From an uncultured bacterium (GTDB taxonomy: Bacteria > Patescibacteriota > Minisyncoccia > Phycocordibacterales > UBA918), in contig CBFGXL010000001.1 in assembly GCA_965652925.1 (NCBI GenBank), forward strand, positions 23,821 through 87,820: a stretch of DNA of 64,000 bases, given 5' to 3'. The position numbers were made by a program, and so were the translations under genes. The notes under the pieces were generated by a model. It worked only from the letters and a program-made list of their open reading frames with translations. It had not been told where the DNA came from and searched no databases. Shown here piece by piece: positions 49,001-57,203 of this stretch (its first letter is position 1; the number at the start of each line of letters is the position of its first letter).

Positions 49001-49265
49001 CCTTTGCATACGCCGGAGTACATTTTGGATTCCCCAATTCATATTTCTTGAACTTGAGTTCAAACTTCTTGTCCGAATAATCGGCGATAGGAGAAAACTC
49101 CTGGAAGATCTGCTTTAGGCCTTCCTCGACGAACCACTTGAATGATTCACGCTGTGGCTCGATGAGATCAGGCAGTTCAACGAGCGGGTCCTTTGCGAGC
49201 TTGAATCGCTTCTGAGGCATCGCTCCCACAGAAGCATACTCCTCAGCCTTTGGCTTTGTATTCAT
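46053..49265 (-). CDS. rpoB: DNA-directed RNA polymerase subunit beta
   Basis: Conserved beta-subunit regions throughout (e.g. [38 protein letters not shown]). 1070 aa. Confidence 0.97.
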   Translation of the reverse strand: [1070 protein letters not shown]

Positions 49266-49527
49266 ATATTATGATTACGAATGATTAGGTGGCAGCATAA
49301 ACACAAAAACCACGCACAATGCGTGTTCTTTTTTGTATTTATTTTTGCACGGTTACTAATGGCATCACAAAAGTGATTTTTTATGAAGATGTTCTTGCTC
49401 CACCTCCACTTCCTCTCCCCACCAACTTGCATCTAGCAATCCGTAACTCACTCCTTAGACTTGCGTTGTGGCCGGCATTGTACAGAAATTCTGGAAAAGA
49501 GTCAATGGGTTTACTGTTAAAATACGC

Positions 49528-49553
49528 AAAAACCTGCATTTCTGCAGGTTTTT
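49528..49553 (-). terminator. Rho-independent terminator (AAAAACCTGCA-tttc-TGCAGGTTTTT) at the end of the rpsP-trmD operon
   Basis: 11-bp stem with flanking A- and T-runs, 19 nt downstream (minus strand) of the DUF4870 gene. Confidence 0.55.
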
Positions 49554-49571
49554 GCCTCCCTCTGTCGAGGA

Positions 49572-50027
49572 TTACTTAAGCAGGCGGAACTTGCCGATAA
49601 CTGGCAACTCTTTCATCTGACCCTGTGCAGCATTGATAATGCCAAAGATCGCGAGCACCAGGAATGCAAGATTGAGAAGCGGCAAAAGGAATACGCCCAT
49701 CATGTAGAGAATCATGACAAGCATATTGCCAACCACATAGAGTGCGGCCCAGCCAATAAGCAGAATGAGCTGCTGATTTGCATGGAAACGCGCGAATGCA
49801 TTGTTCTTTGATGATTCTTGTAACAATGGCAAGAAGAAGAGAAACGGCAAAATATATCCCAAGATAGCATACAACTTATGCTCACTCACATCATCGTTTT
49901 GGGCAGCTTCAGCAGCTTTTGGCTCTTCAGAGACAGGCGCAGCTTGTGTCTGCGTATTGTTCTGCATTTGCTCACCTTCAGTCTGTGGAGTAGCTGCTGT
50001 CTCCATCGAATCACCTTGATCGTCCAT
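49572..50027 (-). CDS. DUF4870-family membrane protein
   Basis: LYAILGYILPFLFF...FARFHANQQLILLI matches the DUF4870 pattern. An N-terminal acidic/Gln-rich tail. Start at MDDQGDS. Confidence 0.5.
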   Translation of the reverse strand: MDDQGDSMETAATPQTEGEQMQNNTQTQAAPVSEEPKAAEAAQNDDVSEHKLYAILGYILPFLFFLPLLQESSKNNAFARFHANQQLILLIGWAALYVVGNMLVMILYMMGVFLLPLLNLAFLVLAIFGIINAAQGQMKELPVIGKFRLLK

Positions 50028-50085
50028 ATTATGAAATTTAAACTGTATAACCCTCACTTTTCTAAAGTGCTTTTATTTTAACACA

Positions 50086-50766
50086 TCAGTTTGTATTGTC
50101 TTGTCGGTACTTCTCTATCTGTGCATGGTTTCCAGAAAGGAACACCTTGGGCACTGTATGTTTTTTTGCTTTATATATAAGCGTTTCTGGACGGGTGTAC
50201 ATTTCACCACTTGAGATACGCTCCTCTTCCAGCGATTCAAACGTCCCCAATACCCCGGCGACCTGCCGAGACACACTATCAATGATCGAAAGTGCCGGCA
50301 GCTCTCCGCCGGTGAGCACATAATCCCCAACAGATACTTCTTCTGCTTTCAAGATCTTCTTCACACGCGAATCAATTCCCTCATATCGCCCTGAGATAAG
50401 TACGATGTGCTCATACTTCCCTGCCAACTTCTTCGCCATGGCAGTGTCGAACTTCTTTCCACGCGGGGACATAATGAGCGTCTTTATTTTCTTCTGATCT
50501 TTCTTGCGCCCGACTGCTTTTTCCCACGCGCGCAGAATTGGTTCGGCATACATCACCATGCCAGGGCCTCCGCCGTACGGCTTATCGTCCACCTTCTTGT
50601 GCTTGTTCTTCGCAAAATCGCGCGGATTGTAATAGCTAATGGCAATTTTTTTGCCGCGCACTTTTGCTCCCTTACCCTTATCGGTTTTCTGCGCACGTCC
50701 AAGTACCCCCGCATCAGTGTAGGTCTGACAAATCTCTGGAAAGAGTGTAATGACGTGAAAGTGCAT
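50086..50766 (-). CDS. trmD: tRNA (guanine37-N1)-methyltransferase
   Basis: VDDKPYGGGPGMVM and SGRYEGIDSRV signature motifs. Confidence 0.9.
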   Translation of the reverse strand: MHFHVITLFPEICQTYTDAGVLGRAQKTDKGKGAKVRGKKIAISYYNPRDFAKNKHKKVDDKPYGGGPGMVMYAEPILRAWEKAVGRKKDQKKIKTLIMSPRGKKFDTAMAKKLAGKYEHIVLISGRYEGIDSRVKKILKAEEVSVGDYVLTGGELPALSIIDSVSRQVAGVLGTFESLEEERISSGEMYTRPETLIYKAKKHTVPKVFLSGNHAQIEKYRQDNTN

Positions 50767-50768
50767 AT

Positions 50769-51206
50769 CTATTTAGTCTCTTTTAGTTCATCACGAATTT
50801 TCATCCATAGTTTCCCCATCCTGTTTTCCCCCGACCCATCTGCTCCAGTCCCCCAGTAATAATCAGTTGGATAAACCTTGAGGAGTTCCCGGTCACCCGA
50901 TTCCAAAAGAATCTCCTTGATATCTGGATGCTGAGCGAGTTTGGCACGGAAAATTTTTTCCATCAACGCATCTTTATCATGATGAGAATCGAGCTTCCCA
51001 TCTTCCTTAAATTTTTGAGCAATGCGCCATGCATCTTTAGGACTTGTTGTTTTCTCCACCAATTCACGAACCTCAGGCACCATACGCAGTGCTTGATATG
51101 CGTGCTCAGCAGTTTTGTATACTTTCCCGTCAATTTCCACTTCATGAGCAGAAAAAGGTGAAAGATAGTGCCAACTATCTTCAACAAAGTTTATAGACTC
51201 AACCAT
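50769..51206 (-). CDS. NADAR-domain protein (YbiA-like)
   Basis: F..H.....F....V.IDGKVYKTAEHAYQA.....WRIAQKF...L...LLESGDRELLKVYPTDYYWGTGADGSGENRMGKLWMKIR matches the NADAR/DUF1768 pattern. Confidence 0.7.
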   Translation of the reverse strand: MVESINFVEDSWHYLSPFSAHEVEIDGKVYKTAEHAYQALRMVPEVRELVEKTTSPKDAWRIAQKFKEDGKLDSHHDKDALMEKIFRAKLAQHPDIKEILLESGDRELLKVYPTDYYWGTGADGSGENRMGKLWMKIRDELKETK

Positions 51207-51272
51207 CCTTGAATGCTAACACAAAACCCGCCAGTGCGGGTTTTGTGTGTGTTTGATTTCCTCTAAATAAGA

Positions 51273-51638
51273 CTATATCTTGAGGTCATCAATGGCCTGG
51301 TCGAGTGACTTTGGCCCGGTTGGCATATCATTGCCTGCACCCATATCTGCTGATCCTGTGTCTTGCGCGAGCGCAATGCGTGGCCCTGTTCCCCCTTCTG
51401 GCTCGTTGATCTTGAGATTCACGCGAGCCTCATTCTTCATGCCAACAACACGGAGGAGCGTGCGGATCGCTTTGGCAGTATTGCCCGAGCGTCCGATGAT
51501 CTTCCCCATGTCTTCTGCATGGACATCAAGCGTCAACAGAACGCCCATTTCATCTACGGTACGAGTTATATGTACGCTGTCTGGATGGTCTACGAGTGCC
51601 TTAACTACTGTCTCTAGAAATTGCTGATCTTCTTGCAT
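51273..51638 (-). CDS. KH-domain RNA-binding protein (KhpA / YlqC / UPF0109-like) with a C-terminal disordered tail
   Basis: LVDHPDSVHITRTVDEMGVLLTLDVHAEDMGKIIGRSGNTAKAIRTLL: KH fold with a GxxG (GRSG) loop. In the canonical position after rpsP. Confidence 0.7.
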   Translation of the reverse strand: MQEDQQFLETVVKALVDHPDSVHITRTVDEMGVLLTLDVHAEDMGKIIGRSGNTAKAIRTLLRVVGMKNEARVNLKINEPEGGTGPRIALAQDTGSADMGAGNDMPTGPKSLDQAIDDLKI

Positions 51639-51784
51639 AGTACGTTTGTATTGAGAACTTTATGACTGATAAGCGTCCGTCACTTCTCTTTCAGTAACGT
51701 TGCCATATTCAATAGTACAAAGAATTCCCCGTACACGTCAACAGCGCGCGGTGCAATGCACCGCGCGCTGTTGAAATAATGGCT

Positions 51785-52198
51785 TTATGCCGCAACCTCT
51801 TCTTTTTCTCCTTCAGCTGGCTCTGCAGGAGCCTCTTCTACAGCAGGAGCTTCTGCCGCAGCGGCTGCTGCCTCTGCAGCGGCCTTCTCCTCAGCTGCTT
51901 TTTTTAGTGCTTCCTCGTCAACAATTGGAGACTTGCGTGATAATGCATTGATCTTCTTGCCTTCGATCACTTTCTTGCTTACCAGCATATTGTGGAGCGT
52001 CACAGATGGCTGTACACCCTGTGCGAGCCAATGCTTCGCTTTTGCCTCATCAATCTGGAACGTACCCTGCTTAGGGTTGAACGAACCAAGAAGATCCACA
52101 TGCTTATTGCTTTTTGGACCTGTTCGCTTGTCAGTTACCACTATACGATACGAAGGATCGTTTTTGCGGCCAACTCGTTGTAATCGCATCATTAACAT
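51785..52198 (-). CDS. rpsP: 30S ribosomal protein S16 with an Ala/Glu-rich C-terminal extension
   Basis: MLMMRLQRVGRKNDPSYRIVVTD matches the S16 N-terminus. The C-terminal ~50 aa are AE-rich low complexity. Confidence 0.85.
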   Translation of the reverse strand: MLMMRLQRVGRKNDPSYRIVVTDKRTGPKSNKHVDLLGSFNPKQGTFQIDEAKAKHWLAQGVQPSVTLHNMLVSKKVIEGKKINALSRKSPIVDEEALKKAAEEKAAAEAAAAAAEAPAVEEAPAEPAEGEKEEVAA

Positions 52199-52363
52199 AA
52201 GTGGCTGAAACTGTATCAAAACTGCGTAAAAAGTCAATCACAGCCACAGACTCAGCCGGGGCAACAGCCCATATATAATGATTTCTATGAAGAACATGAG
52301 AAATAATCCCATAATTGTGTATAGTAGTGGCAAGAGTAACGTACAAAACTCCTCTTCATTACT

Positions 52364-54316
52364 ATGAACAAAAAAACAACATATCAGGGTCCTATTATGG
52401 TCCGGGCTAAAGGAACGGGCTTTTTAACTGTCGAGGGCCTTACTGAAGATGTCATTATCGCACCCGAAGCCCTCTCATTTGCGCTCGATGGCGACATCGT
52501 TGAGGTGGAACTGCTCAAGCAAATCTCCGGCAAACGGCAAGAAGGACGGGTTACCCGTGTGATTGAGCCTGCCCATGAGGAACTTATCGGGACAGTCAAA
52601 AAAAAGAAGGGAGGAAAGGGATTCTACCTCTCACCCGATAATTACCGCATACACGTCCGCCCTGAACTCCCAGAAGCCACAGAGCTCGACGAGGGCATGA
52701 AAATAGTGGCAAAAATCACCAAGTGGTCTGATCCGCTTAAGGATCCGATAGCTGCGATAACGGAAACAATAGGAAAAGCTGGCGATCACGAAACTGAAAT
52801 GCAAGCAATCATCCGATCAGGTGGTTTTTCTGAGAATTTCCCAGAGGCAATAGCAAAAGCTGGGCAGGAACTCTACGCGGCGAAGGAGCAGATCTTTGCC
52901 GATGCGGTTGAAGCAACCACAGGTGAGCACCCAGAGAGGCGCGATATGCGTGACCGAACAACCATGACCATTGACCCGGCCGATGCGAAGGATTTTGACG
53001 ACGCACTCTCCTTTCATACACTTGAAAATGGCAATTATGAGATTGGCATACACATAGCTGATGTCTCACATTATGTACGAGAACATGACGTCATAGACAA
53101 AGAAGCGGCAGAACGCGGTACATCAATTTACTTGGTTGACCGCGTCATCCCCATGCTCCCTGAAGTGCTCTCAAATGATCTCTGCTCGCTGCGTCCCAAC
53201 GAAGACCGACTTGCTTTTTCGGCAGTATTTGAAATGGACAAAGACGCCCACATACTCCGCGAATGGTACGGACAAACCATCATTCATTCCAATAAGCGCT
53301 TCAGCTACGAAGAGGCGCAAGAGGTTTTAGACACGCAAGCTGGTGTCATGCTTCAGGAACTCAATGTCATGATGTCGCTCGGAAGGATCCTGCGCAAGAA
53401 ACGCTACCAGGAAGGAGCAATCGCTTTTGATCAGCCTGAGGTCAAGTTTAAGCTCGATGAAAATGGAAAACCGATTGCGGTGGTTGCCAAAATTCGCACT
53501 GAAACCATGCTCATGATCGAAGATTTCATGCTTTTGGCAAACCAGAAAGTCTCGGAGCATATCTACAAGCTCTGCAAGGACAAAGGACGCGATGCTGCTT
53601 TCATCTACCGCATTCATGATGTCCCCAACCCTGAAAAGATTGAAGAACTTTCTTTGTTCATCCATGCTCTGGGCTATGAGTTCGAGACCAACCGCGGAGC
53701 AGTGCATGCCAAAGAGATCAATAAGCTTCTGAAAGACATTGAGGGCAAGCCTGAGGAAAATCTCATAAAAACTGCAACCATACGTTCAATGGCGAAGGCA
53801 GTGTACTCCACCAAAAACATAGGTCATTTCGGATTGGCATTCAAATACTACACGCACTTTACCTCCCCTATCCGCCGCTATCCTGACTTGATGGCACACC
53901 GTATGCTCCGCAGGCATTTGGATGGATCAACCATTGGAAAGCAAGAGATGATCCGCTATGAAAAACTTGCTATAAAATCTTCACAACGCGAGATCGAAGC
54001 CGTGAAAGCGGAACGCGACTCTATTAAGTTCAAGCAGGTTGAATTCATGCTCGATAAAGTGGGCCAAGAGTTTGACGGAGTGATAACCGGTGTCACTGAC
54101 TGGGGCATTTACGTTGAGGAAAAAGGATCCAAAGCTGAAGGAATGGTGCGCCTAGGCAGCCTCCGCAACGACTACTTTGTTGTAGATCCGGGGAAATACC
54201 GTATCAAAGGAGAGAAAACGGGGAAAACATATGCACTGGGCGAAGAAGTCCGTATTAAACTTGCGCGTGCAGATCTAGAGGAACGCCAGCTCGACTTTGA
54301 ACTGATAACCCGCTGA
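52364..54316 (+). CDS. rnr: Ribonuclease R (RNB family 3'-5' exoribonuclease with C-terminal S1 domain)
   Basis: RNB motif RRDMRDRTTMTIDPADAKDFDDALSF, a cold-shock-like N-terminus, and a C-terminal S1-like region. 650 aa. Confidence 0.9.
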   Translation: MNKKTTYQGPIMVRAKGTGFLTVEGLTEDVIIAPEALSFALDGDIVEVELLKQISGKRQEGRVTRVIEPAHEELIGTVKKKKGGKGFYLSPDNYRIHVRPELPEATELDEGMKIVAKITKWSDPLKDPIAAITETIGKAGDHETEMQAIIRSGGFSENFPEAIAKAGQELYAAKEQIFADAVEATTGEHPERRDMRDRTTMTIDPADAKDFDDALSFHTLENGNYEIGIHIADVSHYVREHDVIDKEAAERGTSIYLVDRVIPMLPEVLSNDLCSLRPNEDRLAFSAVFEMDKDAHILREWYGQTIIHSNKRFSYEEAQEVLDTQAGVMLQELNVMMSLGRILRKKRYQEGAIAFDQPEVKFKLDENGKPIAVVAKIRTETMLMIEDFMLLANQKVSEHIYKLCKDKGRDAAFIYRIHDVPNPEKIEELSLFIHALGYEFETNRGAVHAKEINKLLKDIEGKPEENLIKTATIRSMAKAVYSTKNIGHFGLAFKYYTHFTSPIRRYPDLMAHRMLRRHLDGSTIGKQEMIRYEKLAIKSSQREIEAVKAERDSIKFKQVEFMLDKVGQEFDGVITGVTDWGIYVEEKGSKAEGMVRLGSLRNDYFVVDPGKYRIKGEKTGKTYALGEEVRIKLARADLEERQLDFELITR

Positions 54317-54552
54317 TATAGACATACGATTATTGTGTTGTACAAAACAGATTTTGTAAGCTCATCTGTAAGGAAGCTACTGCTTCAGCGTCACAATAAG
54401 TGTATGCAGTATCACGAGCACAATACTAAAACCCCCCTTCCTCTCTACCTCATCAATATGGCTGTGCTCTGTTTAATGCGCACCACGTGGGCATATGCTC
54501 TTTGCTCTAGCCGAGATTCCGTTTCTCCCCGGTAATCTGTAAATCTCAAGAA

Positions 54553-54876
54553 ATGAAACCTCGGCTGGATCAAAGTCGGGGTATTTTGTACGAAAACCAG
54601 CATGAGCTCTTTTTCATGGAGGATTATATGCTCGCTGAGGAAACGCGCCCTGTCGTGCAGGAAGCAGAAGTCAGCTTCTATGTCTACTTCATTTCACCCG
54701 AGGATTTCAGACTTGAAGAGTTCCTCGAACTGGTGAATGAACGCTACCCGCTCACCATTGCTCACAAGAGCAAAAGTGGCGTAACGACGGTCACTATGCG
54801 CCTCCGGCCTTCGCACCTGCGCCTGCTTGTAGCGATACTGCCCAAGCACGTGGGTATATCGTACGAGCCTGTCTGA
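54553..54876 (+). CDS. Hypothetical protein (107 aa)
   Basis: ORF followed by a hairpin terminator. No SD, no recognised family. Confidence 0.3.
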   Translation: MKPRLDQSRGILYENQHELFFMEDYMLAEETRPVVQEAEVSFYVYFISPEDFRLEEFLELVNERYPLTIAHKSKSGVTTVTMRLRPSHLRLLVAILPKHVGISYEPV

Positions 54877-54918
54877 GCCTGCACATCACGTTAGTGTTGT
54901 GCAGGCTCTTCTCTATTT
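54875..54918 (+). terminator. Rho-independent terminator (GAGCCTGCACA...TGTGCAGGCTC plus TTCTCTATTT)
   Basis: 11-bp stem overlapping the stop codon of the upstream ORF. It lies between convergent genes. Confidence 0.55.
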
Positions 54919-57180
54919 GGCCACCGCAACAGCTTCCTCAAATTTAACTGATAGGAGTTTTGAGATACCATCGCCCCCCATTGTTACTCCGTAGAGGATA
55001 CCCGCACGACTCATGGTCTCGCGATTATGCGTGATAAGGATGAGTTGTGACTTCTCTGCAAGAGCTTCAATCATGTCACCGTAGCGGCGGGAATTTGCTT
55101 CATCAAGTGCTGCGTCTGTCTCATCGAGTATGATGAACAGAGGCGGATTGACCTGGCTCATGGCGAAAATGAGCGCAATGGATGTGAGCGCCCGTTCGCC
55201 GCCGGAAAGCATATCGAGTCCGCGCACCCGCTTATTGGGAAGTTTCACATCGAGCTCAATTCCTTCCTGTATAGACTCATCGTCCTCCTCAGGAAGCTCT
55301 TCCTCACCTTCCTCAAGCTCATCTTTCGATCTGCGGACCTTCGGCTTCACACGCAACAGTTTTGCCTCTCCTCCACCAAACATGAGAGCAAAAAAGCGGT
55401 TGAACTCGGCAGCTATTTTTTCTATTCCCGTAACAAATTCATTATTAAGCGAAATGGTAAGCTCAGCGATAAGCTCTTCAAGTTTTGTTATGGAAGTTTC
55501 AAGGTCAGCTATCTCGCGCACCAAAAAAGCATCACGCTCTTTAACCTCCTTGTATTCCTTTTCCACATCCTGATCAACGCCTCCGAGTTCCTCAAGGCGT
55601 ATCTTGAGCTTCTCAAGCTCCCTGCGTCGATCTTTCTGTATTTGCCTGTCTTCGTCCACGATCTCTTTATTGCTCACCGCTTTGCCATCTTTGAGTATTT
55701 CAAAGGTGAAATACTTTGAAGCACCGCTACCGATGAGCGCTACTGCTTCCTGCAGCTCGCGCTTGAACTCAGTGCGATCTCGATCAAGTGCTGAGAGCTC
55801 AGCCTCAATACGCGAAATGAGGTTTTCGCATTCGCGTTGCTCTCCTATGATACGGAAAACCTCACGTTCAGCATCCCGGCTTTCTGATTGTTCAGCCTCG
55901 ATTGACCGCCGCACTTCCTCATATTCTGTAGTGAGTGAAGCCTCCTCTTTTTCAATATGTACGATCTCTTTTTCGCAAACCCGCTGCTCTTCATACAGTT
56001 CCTGGAGTTCTTTCTCCTCCTCCTTCGTACTGACTGCAACCGAACCGGAGGCATGCTGCAAAAGCTTGCGCAACATATGCACCAGATCAGCAAAAGACCG
56101 GCGGAGGAAACTAACGTCCTCAACCGTACTCACCTTTTGTGCCGCCAGTTCAACAGCGTCAAGCACTTTCTTAAACTCACTTCCTGGTACAGGAGCAATA
56201 TCTTCCTGAGCAAGTTTTTCTTTCATCTGGGCAATACGGCGCTCCAAAAAAAGTACCTGCCCTTCAACAGAGCCGCTTTTACGCAGAAGTTCCTGCCGTT
56301 GTTTGCGTACTGCAGATATCTGTTCTTCCAAAGCCACCAGCGCCGTACTCTTCTCGTCATTTTCACTGGCAGCAAGGACAGTTTTCGCCTTCGCGAGTTC
56401 TTGTGTTAAGAGCTGTAGCCTATTTTCAGGTTCTTTCTTTTCCCCTGTAAGTCTATCGTGATGAGATGCGATATACGTGTCTTCGCGTTTGAGATATTCT
56501 GCGTAGAAATTGGTCAATTCCTGCCGCAGCTGCAATGCACGCTCGATCTTCTTTATTTGCCGCTCCAAAAACTGCAGATGCGGTGCGACCTCGCGACGCA
56601 ACGACTGCACACGCTCCACGTTCTCACGCGTCTTTTGCAGTTTTTTCTCCGCTTCGCTTTTTTTATATTGGTATACTTTGAGGCCCAGTGCATCTTCGAT
56701 CATTTCTCTGCGCTCCTGATTTGAAGCAGAAAGAATGCGGTCGGCTTCACCTTGCGAAATGATATGGTGGCCCGTTGAACCTATGTTTGCCGCTGACAAT
56801 AATTCCTGCACATCCTTCAGTCGTACCTTTGAGTTATTGATCGAATATTCATTGGTACCGTCGCGATTGACCGTACGTTCAATGAGGATCTCATCAAAGT
56901 CCATCTGGAACACGCGTTTTGTGTTATCAAGGACAACGCTCACCTGCGCGCGATTGCCGCGAGAGACGCTGTCAGAGCCGTTGAAGATGAGGTCTTCACC
57001 TTTCTTTCCGCGCATGGACTTGATTGACTGCTCCCCCAAGACAAACCGAAACGCCTCCGCAACATTCGATTTTCCTGAACCATTTGGACCAACTATTGCA
57101 GTAATAGGCGCACTAAATTCAAGCTCGCTTTTTTTTGCAAAAGATTTAAAGCCACTGATTGTAAGGTGTTTAAGATACAT
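54913..57180 (-). CDS. smc: SMC-family chromosome condensation ATPase, short form (755 aa) with no recognisable hinge
   Basis: N-terminal MYLKHLTISGFKSFAKK...IVGPNGSGKSNVAEAFRFVLGEQSIKSMRG (SMC head with Walker A). C-terminal LSGGERALTSIALIFAM, Walker B ILDETDAALD, and the H-loop. The middle ~500 aa are coiled-coil heptads with no G-rich hinge. Confidence 0.8.
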   Translation of the reverse strand: MYLKHLTISGFKSFAKKSELEFSAPITAIVGPNGSGKSNVAEAFRFVLGEQSIKSMRGKKGEDLIFNGSDSVSRGNRAQVSVVLDNTKRVFQMDFDEILIERTVNRDGTNEYSINNSKVRLKDVQELLSAANIGSTGHHIISQGEADRILSASNQERREMIEDALGLKVYQYKKSEAEKKLQKTRENVERVQSLRREVAPHLQFLERQIKKIERALQLRQELTNFYAEYLKREDTYIASHHDRLTGEKKEPENRLQLLTQELAKAKTVLAASENDEKSTALVALEEQISAVRKQRQELLRKSGSVEGQVLFLERRIAQMKEKLAQEDIAPVPGSEFKKVLDAVELAAQKVSTVEDVSFLRRSFADLVHMLRKLLQHASGSVAVSTKEEEKELQELYEEQRVCEKEIVHIEKEEASLTTEYEEVRRSIEAEQSESRDAEREVFRIIGEQRECENLISRIEAELSALDRDRTEFKRELQEAVALIGSGASKYFTFEILKDGKAVSNKEIVDEDRQIQKDRRRELEKLKIRLEELGGVDQDVEKEYKEVKERDAFLVREIADLETSITKLEELIAELTISLNNEFVTGIEKIAAEFNRFFALMFGGGEAKLLRVKPKVRRSKDELEEGEEELPEEDDESIQEGIELDVKLPNKRVRGLDMLSGGERALTSIALIFAMSQVNPPLFIILDETDAALDEANSRRYGDMIEALAEKSQLILITHNRETMSRAGILYGVTMGGDGISKLLSVKFEEAVAVAK

Positions 57181-57203
57181 CGATATGCTTACTACACTCA
57201 ACG

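Noticed and set aside
54317-54552. Possible tmRNA (ssrA) or smpB downstream of rnr
   Set aside because: No GGGG...TTCGA 5' motif, no tRNA-like 3' end (GGTTCGAATCC...CCA) and no SmpB-like ORF. Only an unsupported 66-aa ORF.
55130-56209. Ser-rich plus-strand ORFs (147 and 201 aa) inside smc
   Set aside because: Antisense frames of the Glu/Lys/Leu-rich coiled-coil codons (GAA/GAG/AAG give TTC/CTC/CTT). There is no start context. The SMC head and tail motifs define the real gene.
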